The notes beneath the pieces are model-generated. The model did no database searches and had not been told where the DNA came from. It was given only the letters and a program-made list of their open reading frames with translations. Below, piece by piece: positions 1 to 9,763 of a stretch of 46,092 bases of DNA (positions are counted from its first letter, which is position 1; every line of letters starts with the position of its first letter). Origin of the DNA: a virus (Duplodnaviria > Caudoviricetes). The position numbers were made by a program, and so were the translations under genes. The stretch spans positions 1 to 46,092 of IMG/VR virus record IMGVR_UViG_3300020045_010465. The stretch is one strand, 5' to 3'.

Positions 1-86
1 TCGTTATTAAATGGGTAAAACATTAATGTTAAAATGAACCCGAAATACATTCCTCCTAATAAGCATTGAAATTCTGTTAACGTCAT
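1..86 (-). CDS. partial small hypothetical membrane protein (runs off window start)
   Basis: ATG at 86 on minus strand gives MTLTEFQCLLGGMYFGFILTLMFYPFNN..., downstream of the terminator and an AT-rich promoter-like gap. Confidence 0.4.
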   Translation of the reverse strand, partial: MTLTEFQCLLGGMYFGFILTLMFYPFNN

Positions 87-171
87 AATTTCTATTTATT
101 TTTAAATTCTTTGTAAAGATAATTAATTTATTAATACAAACAATTAAAAAATCAATTTATTTTTCACCCCA

Positions 172-206
172 CAAAAAAGCCCCTCATTTTACTGAGAGGC
201 AAAAAA
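172..206 (-). terminator. rho-independent terminator after the lysin
   Basis: aaaaaaGCCCTCA-tttac-TGAGAGGC imperfect stem, A-tract on the left = U-tract on the minus strand. Confidence 0.55.
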
Positions 207-395
207 TAACCAATTATGAAAGAAAGCTTTATTTTGCTTTGTGAGCGACTAATTTTATTAAAGTATCCAAAGTTACGAATCTTGCAACAAATCTCAATAT
301 ACGTCCTGCATTTGTTGTCGCAGGGCTTTCTGAGTACTTCTTTGCTAATTCATCTACGACTTTCCCGATTATTGGGGGTAATTTTTGTGATTCTT

Positions 396-914
396 TCATG
401 TTATTGAGTTGTAAAATTTATTGTATAATTCAGTTATTAGATGAGCGCAATCAGTTCCGTTAATTATTCGTCTTGCGTTTACCGGATCAGTTTTTTCATT
501 ATTAAAATAATCACTCAACTTTTTCCCCGTAAACCATCCATGTTTCATGCCTTCAAAACACACCCATATTGCACACTCCGGCTTAAGCATTAATTCTGGA
601 TGCAGTATAAAATTCCATCCTTTATTGTTTTTTGCAGTAGCTTTTTTGTAGTTTTCTAACCATGTCAACTGCACATATCCTCGACCATAATATAAGCCCT
701 CGTATTTCTTTCCTTTACCTTTTCCATATTCTTCAATAGGTAACATAGTTTTAGCTGTTTCATGCCATACGGTGGCTAAAATATATGCTAAATGCCTTTT
801 ATCAACTCCGTCCCATTCATCAAAAAACAAATTAAACGAATCAACTTGACTTTGGCTTAATTTTCCAAAGTATGACTTTATAAGCCCGAATGTTTCAGTT
901 TTGTTTAGCTTCAT
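396..914 (-). CDS. endolysin, glycoside hydrolase family 19 / chitinase-like
   Basis: AYILATVWHET...PIEE, YYGRGYVQLTWLENY and ARRIINGTD motifs; last gene of the late operon; ATG at 914 preferred over TTG at 920. Confidence 0.85.
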   Translation of the reverse strand: MKLNKTETFGLIKSYFGKLSQSQVDSFNLFFDEWDGVDKRHLAYILATVWHETAKTMLPIEEYGKGKGKKYEGLYYGRGYVQLTWLENYKKATAKNNKGWNFILHPELMLKPECAIWVCFEGMKHGWFTGKKLSDYFNNEKTDPVNARRIINGTDCAHLITELYNKFYNSIT

Positions 915-1034
915 TCTCAATATCTTTTGTTATTTTCTCAATATTCTTGCGCATTTTTTTAACCTCTTTTAAATAGTGCGACCTATCAAAAGAAAAACAT
1001 ATTGGCTTTATTTTTTCTATTGGAAAACACATAA

Positions 1035-1349
1035 TCATTTTTTTTGCAGTTCAACTAAACTTCTTATTGAATCATAATATTGATTATTAATTTTCATTAA
1101 CAAGTCATTGAAAGATTTTATTTCGGTTAAATGCTCTTTGTATAGCCTATCTCTTTCAGCCGTAAACTCCTGATATAACCTTTCTCTTTCTGCAGAACTT
1201 GATTTATATAGTTCCTGATTTGTTTTAAATAGGTAATATATAACTGATCCGAAAGCAAAAACAAAAGCTATTAGTACGCCTGTGATTGTAGCGTCATTCC
1301 AACTTATAACATCATGTATCTGCTCAGAGGCTATTTGCAGTGAAATCAT
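1035..1349 (-). CDS. single-TM membrane protein, possible holin/lysis accessory
   Basis: hydrophobic segment ITGVLIAFVFAFGSVIYYLF followed by a coiled coil; upstream of lysin. Confidence 0.5.
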   Translation of the reverse strand: MISLQIASEQIHDVISWNDATITGVLIAFVFAFGSVIYYLFKTNQELYKSSSAERERLYQEFTAERDRLYKEHLTEIKSFNDLLMKINNQYYDSIRSLVELQKK

Positions 1350-1717
1350 TTAAACGTTCTTTTTGTTAAAAATACTATCAAAGATACGAATAAAGTTATA
1401 GATAAGATTATTACTTCAAAAAATTGTTCGTACATTTTAAACCTGCCAGGGAAAAATGATGCAAACATATTTACAAAAGAAACAAACATCATTGAAACAG
1501 GTAATGCTCTAGTTGTAAAGCAATAATTTTTATTTAAAGTTAAAATGTATACAAACATAATATTTGTAAAAAAAGAATAACCTCCAAGATTACACCAAAA
1601 ATTTTTATCGAAATTCCAACCTATCCATCCAAACAATACAGACAAAAAACTTACTGCCATTAATAGATAAGGCAGTAAGAAAATTGTTTCTGATAATATA
1701 TGTTTTATATATTTCAT
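1346..1717 (-). CDS. multi-TM membrane protein
   Basis: about 4 hydrophobic segments; overlaps its neighbours' start/stop codons. Confidence 0.5.
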   Translation of the reverse strand: MKYIKHILSETIFLLPYLLMAVSFLSVLFGWIGWNFDKNFWCNLGGYSFFTNIMFVYILTLNKNYCFTTRALPVSMMFVSFVNMFASFFPGRFKMYEQFFEVIILSITLFVSLIVFLTKRTFK

Positions 1718-1968
1718 TATGGATTTTTAGGAGGATCGTTTTTAGTGCCACCACCCTGTATAGGTGCTTCGGCTGTAGTTTGTTTTGGTATAGGAACTAA
1801 AGACCTAGAAAAGGCAGTCCACAATACGCTAAGTAATAGTAAAATCTTTGTGGCTTTTGGCGAAACTCCTAATTCAGATAATAGTCCCGAGTTTTCCGCT
1901 AATACCCCGTATAGAGTGTCCATTAAAGCGCCAAGCATAACGACCCATGTAATAATCCTTGTTTTCAT
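1717..1968 (-). CDS. small 2-TM protein, holin candidate
   Basis: two hydrophobic helices with Pro/Lys-rich tail; lysis region. Confidence 0.45.
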   Translation of the reverse strand: MKTRIITWVVMLGALMDTLYGVLAENSGLLSELGVSPKATKILLLLSVLWTAFSRSLVPIPKQTTAEAPIQGGGTKNDPPKNP

Positions 1969-1987
1969 ATTTATTTGTGTTTGTTAA

Positions 1988-4567
1988 TTAATTTGTAGTA
2001 TAAATCAAATTTATATTAATTGTAGCAGACGTATCTATAGGTATAGTAGCTGAACTTATAGTACCCGTAGGCGTTTGCCTTAAATTCACGTCTGTAGAAC
2101 CTACAGAACTAAAAGCACTTATGTAATTATTAGCGGACAAAGTAAGAGTATTACCTCCTATTGAAGCCTGAGCGATGGCATTTGATATTTGAAACGGAAG
2201 TCCTTTTACAATCATATCTCCTGTACCTGTATGTGCTGTCCACGCTAGATTTATTTGAACAGAAACTAATCTTCCTATTTTAGTGTAATAGCCACTTTGT
2301 ATGGAATAGGTACCTGCGCCAGCAACAGTTAATCCATCTATTCTAGGAGTAAATATACCCTCCTCGTAGTCGTCCAACGTATTTACATCCGAATTGCTAA
2401 CCTGTGTCGATGGAAATTTTACAGATGTAGCCGTAACGTCTCCATTAACATCAGCATTGAATTTTTTAGTAGTTCCTATAGTTGGATTATAAAAGTAAGT
2501 ATTGAAATTTGAACCAGCCACATTAGCCACTACCCACCTTAATTCCCCGTTAACTATTTCTAACCCCTCAGCTCTGTGTAATGTAGGTGCGTTTGGCGCT
2601 TCCATTATTAGGGTAGTGGTAGACCCGTCCAAACTTATTGTATATAAATTCTCTTGGTCGCTAATATAAAATACACCTTTGTAATAACTAGCCCCTTGGA
2701 TAAATGGCAAAGGTGTCGCTATCGTAATACTACCTAAATATGTTCCTGTCAAACTATATTTTAAAATTCTGTTTCCTGTACTGTAATACTCAAATACGTA
2801 TAATATTGTTCCGTCTGTTGCAATAGCGTCTGCACCTATCGGATTTTGCGCTGATATATCATAAGTAGTTATTAGAGCTAATGTTACAGGATTGAAAACC
2901 GCTATTTTTTGAGCTGTTATAGTTGTAGGAGCTGCCGTTCCGTTGTACATCGGTACATACAACAAGCCGTTTAAATAACAACTATCACCTATATGATCTA
3001 CGCCTCCGCTTATACCTGTAAACGGACTTGTATTATTAGCTATTAAAGTTCCATATGCGTAATCGTACTTAGCTATTCTACTGGTACCAAATTGATAATG
3101 ATACACCCCGTCCGATGTGTACCCCTGTGGTAGTGTCACTCCTAAATCAGGAGAAGTGTAAGTAAGAGACCATATATTTTGAGATACCGAAAAACCCGTA
3201 TTTGAATTAATTACTCCGCTACTCCTTGTATCTCCTATAATATCTAGTGCTACTCTAGGATTATTATTTTTTATACCTACATTGCTATTTCCGTTAACGG
3301 ATAATCCGCTATGCCATATTGCTCCAGAATCTAACGAATTACTAATACCAAAAACATTGGTATTTGCGCTTCCGTCCCCAAAATAAAAAGCCTGATAGGC
3401 TACCCCTTCATTATTTTTTAAGAATAGTGAATTAGAATTATTAGGATCAATATTAAAATCATACAATAAGCCCCCAACATCATCATATGTAAGTTTGTTT
3501 AATCCCGGTAAATCAATTAAATCTTGAGTCCCAGAGCTTTCGCCTAAAATTAATTTATCAGACAAAGTTTTAACCCCTGTTACAGTTTCTGCAATAGATC
3601 CTGTCTTGTGAACTACGTCAGAATCATTTGCTTTTAAAGTATTCAAATTATTCAAAGCATCCGTAGTAGTAGCTCCTACAACCGTAGAAAGATTCTGAAC
3701 TCCTGAAGTATTTAATGTGACAGGAACGTCTAAATATGAATTATAAGAAGTTCCGTAATAGACACTTTGAGTTATATTGGCTCCTGCCGTGCCTACTTTC
3801 TCCGCTGATACATGATACCTTACTCTTTCGCCTATTGCCATTGATAAAGGCGAAGCTAAATTTCCTGACACCTGTACATTTGTCACGTTTCCGTCGACTA
3901 AAGTAAGAAGACCACTATCTAAAATAGTGATTACCGTAACTCCTAAATCACCAACTGGTGCGCCTGATATTCCAGAAGATATTGGAGTACCGTTATTGTC
4001 GCATTTATATAGTTCAACTGTCCATCGTTGCTGTGCTGAGTTTGGCGAGGTACTAGCTGATAAGTTACCCGCATAAACTCCAATTGGGAATATCGTGGCG
4101 GTTGCAAATGGATTGCCTATTAAATCCTGTGCAAAATACGTCTTAATATTGTCATTATTTACAACGTTTTGTATTGCACTTGCAACCGTTCCTTTGTTCG
4201 TTGCATTGGTTAAATAGAATGTCCCTGCCGTAATAGTTGTTGGGTCCGCGGTAAACCAAACCCTAGTTGTTACTCCTGCCGTTGTAGCTACAATTGCGCC
4301 TAATTTATTATCAATTCCCGTTAGGTGACTGCCTAACTTTGTATCGGTTATAGTGTAATTTAAAGGCAAAGGCGATAAATCAACGGGCAAATCTTTCAAT
4401 AAAGACTTTCCTATTGTACCATCTGTTCCCATTGTAGCGACATGAGTTCCGTTTGTTACGGTTTGGCTACTTGTTGTTTTTAATGCCTCAAATTCCGTTT
4501 CAGTTCCGTTGCTAACTTGCCCGAAACAAAATATAGGAAGTAATAGTAAAAAAAGTAATTTTTTCAT
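1988..4567 (-). CDS. tail fibre / receptor-binding-like protein with N-terminal signal-peptide-like leader
   Basis: 859 aa, T/G/S/N-rich; KANDSDVVHKTG..ETVTGVKT fibre repeat, NVGI..NNP..ALDI motif, propeller-like middle, C-terminal LDDYEEG.FTP...YTKIGRLV fibre domain. Confidence 0.7.
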   Translation of the reverse strand: MKKLLFLLLLPIFCFGQVSNGTETEFEALKTTSSQTVTNGTHVATMGTDGTIGKSLLKDLPVDLSPLPLNYTITDTKLGSHLTGIDNKLGAIVATTAGVTTRVWFTADPTTITAGTFYLTNATNKGTVASAIQNVVNNDNIKTYFAQDLIGNPFATATIFPIGVYAGNLSASTSPNSAQQRWTVELYKCDNNGTPISSGISGAPVGDLGVTVITILDSGLLTLVDGNVTNVQVSGNLASPLSMAIGERVRYHVSAEKVGTAGANITQSVYYGTSYNSYLDVPVTLNTSGVQNLSTVVGATTTDALNNLNTLKANDSDVVHKTGSIAETVTGVKTLSDKLILGESSGTQDLIDLPGLNKLTYDDVGGLLYDFNIDPNNSNSLFLKNNEGVAYQAFYFGDGSANTNVFGISNSLDSGAIWHSGLSVNGNSNVGIKNNNPRVALDIIGDTRSSGVINSNTGFSVSQNIWSLTYTSPDLGVTLPQGYTSDGVYHYQFGTSRIAKYDYAYGTLIANNTSPFTGISGGVDHIGDSCYLNGLLYVPMYNGTAAPTTITAQKIAVFNPVTLALITTYDISAQNPIGADAIATDGTILYVFEYYSTGNRILKYSLTGTYLGSITIATPLPFIQGASYYKGVFYISDQENLYTISLDGSTTTLIMEAPNAPTLHRAEGLEIVNGELRWVVANVAGSNFNTYFYNPTIGTTKKFNADVNGDVTATSVKFPSTQVSNSDVNTLDDYEEGIFTPRIDGLTVAGAGTYSIQSGYYTKIGRLVSVQINLAWTAHTGTGDMIVKGLPFQISNAIAQASIGGNTLTLSANNYISAFSSVGSTDVNLRQTPTGTISSATIPIDTSATININLIYTTN

Positions 4568-4582
4568 TTTTGTTATTGTTTT

Positions 4583-5197
4583 TTATTCGTAATCTATTGA
4601 AACTAATGCCCCAGTTGGAGCTCCTGGGGATTTTAATGTAACTACATTGTCTACAACTGTGTATGTGTAATTCTTTGTAGTGTTGTTTGCTGACAAAATA
4701 AACCATCTAGCTTGATTAACATAAACTTTTTTAGGTTTTCTCCCAGGTACTAATGTGAATGTTGTTGTTGGTATTGCTAGTAATGGGAAATCTTGCGTTC
4801 CACTATCTATGGGCACTATCATATTAGTAGTCCATTCTATACCGTTATATTGCCATAAATAAACAGGCGAATCATCTCCAGAATCTAATTGCATATAAAA
4901 ATCAGCATATTTATAAGTAAGAGGCGGGGTGATGTTAGGGTCTGAGTATCCGGTATATAATTGAACACCATTATTTAATAAATCATCAAAGTTTATTTTT
5001 AATGAATTTATAGCTTCAACAATGCTATTTGTTTCATCTGTAGTTAAAGTGCTTAAATCACCAATGTTATTATTGGCAAAATCAAGTATAAACGATAAAA
5101 CAGGATTTAAAACGTTGGCTGTAATTTCATTATTGCCATTGGCTACAATGTACGTATTTATTTGAGTTAATACTTCTGCGTATGTTGGTGTAGCCAT
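4583..5197 (-). CDS. putative virion structural protein
   Basis: 204 aa in structural operon; N-terminal INTYIVANGNNEITANVLN helix. Confidence 0.55.
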   Translation of the reverse strand: MATPTYAEVLTQINTYIVANGNNEITANVLNPVLSFILDFANNNIGDLSTLTTDETNSIVEAINSLKINFDDLLNNGVQLYTGYSDPNITPPLTYKYADFYMQLDSGDDSPVYLWQYNGIEWTTNMIVPIDSGTQDFPLLAIPTTTFTLVPGRKPKKVYVNQARWFILSANNTTKNYTYTVVDNVVTLKSPGAPTGALVSIDYE

Positions 5198-5199
5198 TA

Positions 5200-5823
5200 C
5201 TAATAATTATTAAAGTCATTGTTAAAATCATCATTGAAATCTCCGTGAGGCACAAAAGGTAAATTTAAAAACAAGTTATCAAAATCATCAGAACCGCCCT
5301 CGTAAATAAATGGCAATTCATCCTCTAAAGCTTCTTGTAAAGATGTTAGTTTTATAATTGCACCCCCTCCTGAGTTTTGCGGGTCGTAAGTATAATTATC
5401 GGTGCTCATACCAAACTCAAACCCATATATTTCTACTGTTCCATCATACATTTGCAAAGCACAAAAATAATCCGCATAATCCAATTGTTGCAAAGTACAT
5501 TTAACCGCCTGTGTAACGCCTAAAACGTTTATAGTTACTGAATGTTTATATTGCGGAATGCTTTGTGATGTTGATTTTTCTACAACTCCAAAAATAGTAG
5601 TGCCAGTTTCTGAACTAGAAAACCTAAACCCTGACAAATCAGGCTTTAAATTAAACAAAACTTTGTATCTACATTCGTAAACATCTTCTATAGAAACCGT
5701 ACTCGTTAAAATCTGTTTATTCAAAACATCATCACGATTAATTAAAACAGCCTGCTGATAATAGTTTTTAACTATTCCACCGCATTCTAATTGCAATCCG
5801 TTTCTTAATTTTTCACAACTCAT
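5200..5823 (-). CDS. structural protein, paralog of 8066-8671 (tail-tube-like)
   Basis: shares QQAV.IN, LK....GFRF, QYKH and DGTVE.YG...G..T..TYD.Q..GGG with 8066-8671. Confidence 0.6.
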   Translation of the reverse strand: MSCEKLRNGLQLECGGIVKNYYQQAVLINRDDVLNKQILTSTVSIEDVYECRYKVLFNLKPDLSGFRFSSSETGTTIFGVVEKSTSQSIPQYKHSVTINVLGVTQAVKCTLQQLDYADYFCALQMYDGTVEIYGFEFGMSTDNYTYDPQNSGGGAIIKLTSLQEALEDELPFIYEGGSDDFDNLFLNLPFVPHGDFNDDFNNDFNNY

Positions 5824-6419
5824 TTCGTAACGTTTCTACTTTTAAAACCGTATCCTTTTGCTTTTGTGCCTCCACATTTATCAGAACCGCATCCACACTT
5901 ATCTATTGGACAATGCTTATAATTAAATATAGAGTTATTTTGGCAAATATATCTAACAGTTCTGTCAAATGATATTTTTGCCATATTACGGTATTTATCC
6001 GCAAACTGTTCTAATTCTTTTAAACTTTTTGGAATTGAAAACTCATTTGTTTTTTGAACCATTCCCGTAGCTGTATCCGAAAAACCATTTAAAATAATGT
6101 AACGAGAATAAGAATATCTAGCCAATATTGCATAAATGCCCTCAAACGGTCTTTGTTTTTCTGAACAATCCGTATAAGTTCCACCATCTAATAAAGCTTT
6201 CTTTTCTGTGTAATTTTCTGGAACTGGCGGCTTTGGTTCTGGAGCATCATCATAGGCACGAATTTCTATATCTATCGCTTCTATATCTATCCAAAAATCA
6301 CAAAACAATTCAGCTAAATCAAAATCAGAAGCTTCATTTTCCGCAATGCAAAGTTTTAATAAATCGCAATGTTTTGCGACTATTCCGATACAATTATATT
6401 GGGATTGTTGTAGGGTCAT
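5820..6419 (-). CDS. putative head-tail adaptor
   Basis: directly after portal; LLDGG.Y and G....LA.Y.YSRY pattern typical of Bacteroidota phage adaptors (inference). Confidence 0.5.
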   Translation of the reverse strand: MTLQQSQYNCIGIVAKHCDLLKLCIAENEASDFDLAELFCDFWIDIEAIDIEIRAYDDAPEPKPPVPENYTEKKALLDGGTYTDCSEKQRPFEGIYAILARYSYSRYIILNGFSDTATGMVQKTNEFSIPKSLKELEQFADKYRNMAKISFDRTVRYICQNNSIFNYKHCPIDKCGCGSDKCGGTKAKGYGFKSRNVTK

Positions 6420-7590
6420 TTTCTATATTTATGTCGATTATTGGAATTATTTTACACGGAAACCCTAAGTAAGTCAATACGTCCTCAATTTCTTTACGCT
6501 CGTCTTGAGTTTGTTCTGTATAGAATTTTTTCATTTCTATATAAGTTTCAGACTGAGTGCCAAAAATAGATGTATCAGACTTTACAAGTTGAGCAGGGAT
6601 ATTATTTGCTGCTGCATAAATATTATCTTTTATGGTAGATTTTGTCTCTGTAAATAGTTTTTCGTCAATTTCTGCTTTAACTTGACCTACTTTAAAAACC
6701 TTATCAATATCTTCTGTTTTTTCAACATGAAGTGTAAACACGCCTCCCACCTGTTCAGCACCTAACCAACTTTTAGCGTCTGCCTCTACTTGTTCTATAT
6801 CTTCATCATCAAGACCCGAAGTGACAAGATATGTTTTACCTAAAAATCCAGTTCTTACTTGCCTGTTTGTGTACATTGAAATTCTACATTCAGAATCAAG
6901 ATCATTATAAACAGCATCAAAAGGAGAAAGAGCATATTTAAACTCAGGCGTCATGTTTAAATAATACACCTGACCTCTGTAAAATGGCAACATTACTGCT
7001 AAATCAGCTTCTTCTTTAGTGTCGTTTGCTTCTTGATAGTCGGATATAATTTGAGCCAACGTAACAGATTCATCATCTGAATAAGGATAATACCAAATAG
7101 CTTTAGTGTTTACTTTATTCAACCATGATTTTTCTATACAATAATCGTTAAACCAATACTTTGAAACATATTCGTTATCATCTTCTTTTCCTTTTCTTGT
7201 TTTAGTATATTCAAGTATATCTAAAGATTTTTTCATCTTTAAATCATCTCCAATATAACGTCCAATATGAAACCAAACTCCGTTTTGCCTTGCAACATCA
7301 GAAGCAGCCATTTTAGTAATCTTAGATAAACTATAATTCTTATCAGGATTAACAATATAATCTTTTTCAACACCTTTGCCAGATGTGTATTTAGACATCA
7401 TTTTAGAAGCGTTCTTTCCTGAGGGGCTATTAAGTATAGCTAACTCAATTTCATTTGGGTAAAGGTTGTTTTCTCCATTGTAATAAATAGACTCATCCTT
7501 ATTCTCGTTAATCTTAATAACACGAGAATAAAGTTCAACAAATTTTGCACGCCATTTACCGACAAAGCTTTTTTTGTTATTGTTGTCCAT
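6394..7590 (-). CDS. portal protein (putative)
   Basis: 398 aa; N-terminal NGENNLYP...S motif and C-terminal I..A.NIP..L...FG helix as in Bacteroidota siphovirus portals; no other portal candidate in phage A. Confidence 0.65.
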   Translation of the reverse strand: MDNNNKKSFVGKWRAKFVELYSRVIKINENKDESIYYNGENNLYPNEIELAILNSPSGKNASKMMSKYTSGKGVEKDYIVNPDKNYSLSKITKMAASDVARQNGVWFHIGRYIGDDLKMKKSLDILEYTKTRKGKEDDNEYVSKYWFNDYCIEKSWLNKVNTKAIWYYPYSDDESVTLAQIISDYQEANDTKEEADLAVMLPFYRGQVYYLNMTPEFKYALSPFDAVYNDLDSECRISMYTNRQVRTGFLGKTYLVTSGLDDEDIEQVEADAKSWLGAEQVGGVFTLHVEKTEDIDKVFKVGQVKAEIDEKLFTETKSTIKDNIYAAANNIPAQLVKSDTSIFGTQSETYIEMKKFYTEQTQDERKEIEDVLTYLGFPCKIIPIIDINIENDPTTIPI

Positions 7591-8059
7591 TTTTACGTTT
7601 TCTTGTTTTTTTTACTTTTGGAGTTTCTTCAACAGCGACTAAAGATTCTTTTTTCTCTTCCACTAACGAAGTTTTTTCAACAGGAAAATTGAACATTTTT
7701 AAACGTTCCGCATTTTCTTCTGTAGTTCCGTTAGAAACATACTCTTTAATAAATGCATCTGTCAAAATATTATCATATTGACGAAAAGTTTTTCCATCTT
7801 TTTTATATGTCAATATTTTACCTTGTATTTTTTTAATTGACATTGTATTCATAACTTTTTGTTTTTGTAAAGTTACCGATTTTTCTTTATTACCCGTATG
7901 AAAATTTATTAATTTTTGCCAATCAGTACCAAACGAACACCCCACGCAATTTGGAATTCGATTAAAAGCTTGTTTAAAAAATTCTAGGTATAAAGACATA
8001 AGGTCAGGATTGCTCCTAACCTTACGTTTATCTAATAATATAAATTCTTGAATTGTCAT
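7577..8059 (-). CDS. hypothetical protein (CxxC motif, basic tail)
   Basis: 160 aa, coupled to portal. Confidence 0.55.
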   Translation of the reverse strand: MTIQEFILLDKRKVRSNPDLMSLYLEFFKQAFNRIPNCVGCSFGTDWQKLINFHTGNKEKSVTLQKQKVMNTMSIKKIQGKILTYKKDGKTFRQYDNILTDAFIKEYVSNGTTEENAERLKMFNFPVEKTSLVEEKKESLVAVEETPKVKKTRKRKNGQQ

Positions 8060-8065
8060 AAGACA

Positions 8066-8671
8066 TTACACGCTAGGTGCACCGTTATCAAAGTTAGCGT
8101 CAAAATCAGCAGTTTCAGAACCAGGAGGTGTTGAAACATAAACAAGAGGCACAAAATTTTCAGGCGCTGTGTCTAATGAAGATAATACAATTGCAGTACC
8201 TCCACCACCTTCTTGTACATCATAAGTAAAGTCTCCAGTAGTTAATCCATATTGCATTCCGTAAACCTCTACAGTTCCATCCGTAAATTGATAAACAACA
8301 ACATATTTACCTTTACTCAAAGAATCCAAAATACATTTTGCTTCTTCTGTAGAGCCAACAATCAATAATTGAGCATTGTGTTTGTATTGAACAAATCCTA
8401 AATCAGAAACTGTTTTATCGAAATACCCTTTATAAGAACTACCTGCTTCTGGACCAGTAAAACGAAATCCTGTTTTACCATCCTTTAAAGAGAATGCAAC
8501 TGTGTAAACACAATCAGGGCTTTCTTCCGTTGGCGTGGAAATAACTACGCTGTCTTGGTCAATGTCTCCTATGTTAATTACAACCGCTTGTTGAAAAAAT
8601 CTACGGGCAGGAGCTACACATGACGCATCCTGACCGTTTTTTAAATTACCGCATATACTAAATACTGCCAT
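8066..8671 (-). CDS. major tail tube-like structural protein
   Basis: 201 aa acidic, beta-rich protein right after the capsid gene. Confidence 0.55.
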   Translation of the reverse strand: MAVFSICGNLKNGQDASCVAPARRFFQQAVVINIGDIDQDSVVISTPTEESPDCVYTVAFSLKDGKTGFRFTGPEAGSSYKGYFDKTVSDLGFVQYKHNAQLLIVGSTEEAKCILDSLSKGKYVVVYQFTDGTVEVYGMQYGLTTGDFTYDVQEGGGGTAIVLSSLDTAPENFVPLVYVSTPPGSETADFDANFDNGAPSV

Positions 8672-8689
8672 TGTTATTTTGTTTTAAGA

Positions 8690-9760
8690 TTAAACACTTG
8701 GCGAAGCAGTCTCTGCACCAATATAAACGTATTGATTAGTAACTAACGCAGCTCCAATATTTGCGCCCCCTTTGATGTAAATTTGGTCATCATCTTTAGA
8801 GTACCAAATATCAAATGCAGGCAATTGATCTAATTCAGTTGTTCCGATTAAGATGTTAGTATCATTTGTTAAGATAGCTCTGTAAGGATTACCTAATGCA
8901 AATGCATTAATAACCCCGTCAAACTCTCTGTGAACATGAACAGTAATTCCAAAGATTTTCAACATACCATCTACTGAATAAGTTCTTTGAGCGGTTAATC
9001 CGTCAGCAGAATAACATTCGCAGTTGATTCCTGTTCTGTCTCCTAAAGAGTTTAACCAAGAAACTAAAACAGCTGCCATTGCCTGAGTCATTTCAAAACG
9101 AGCTGTTGCAGGATTCCACCAAGGCTGTAAAGAAGCATATTCGTAAGCTTCAGTTAAGTAAGCGTACAATGCTGCGCCTGTTAATCCAGTTCCCGCTACG
9201 TTCTCATCAACTTCAATTTTAAATCCGTCCATTGCTTCGGCTTGTGTAAAAATACCGTCTGCTCCTTCAAGATAATCATTTGTACTTGCTGAATCAGCAA
9301 ACCAAACTCTACGCCAAATCGCAGCTTGTAAATTCTTTTGAAACAAATCAATGATGTATTGAAGTAATGCAGAATTTAAATCAGCATCGTCAAAAATACG
9401 TTTGTGTTGATTCCAAAAAAGCAAAAAGTTTTCATCAAAAGAATTTATACAAATAGGAATTTTACAAGCAATCATAGCTGTTTGCCAAGCTTTTGTCGAA
9501 AATCCTAAATCCAAATCACAGGCAGGAATAACACAGTTATTTGTTGCTTTTACAGGAAATGCTCCGTAATTTGGTGCATTATCCAAAATAGGAATCAATG
9601 CACCAGGACGAATACCTGTTACTATTTGATGACCTTCCGCAATATCCCCTACTTCGAAAGTACTGGTATAAATTGCGTTTGATATATCTACTCTGTCAGC
9701 AGTTACAAGGTCATCAACCAAGGCTAAAACCGCTGTATTAAAATTTGTTGTAATTGCCAT
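8690..9760 (-). CDS. major capsid protein (phage A)
   Basis: 356 aa directly after protease/scaffold gene; size, position and composition. Confidence 0.7.
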   Translation of the reverse strand: MAITTNFNTAVLALVDDLVTADRVDISNAIYTSTFEVGDIAEGHQIVTGIRPGALIPILDNAPNYGAFPVKATNNCVIPACDLDLGFSTKAWQTAMIACKIPICINSFDENFLLFWNQHKRIFDDADLNSALLQYIIDLFQKNLQAAIWRRVWFADSASTNDYLEGADGIFTQAEAMDGFKIEVDENVAGTGLTGAALYAYLTEAYEYASLQPWWNPATARFEMTQAMAAVLVSWLNSLGDRTGINCECYSADGLTAQRTYSVDGMLKIFGITVHVHREFDGVINAFALGNPYRAILTNDTNILIGTTELDQLPAFDIWYSKDDDQIYIKGGANIGAALVTNQYVYIGAETASPSV

Positions 9761-9763
9761 GTT

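Noticed and set aside
1988-4567. Diversity-generating retroelement targeting the fibre
   Set aside because: No reverse transcriptase and no template/variable repeat pair noticed in the window.
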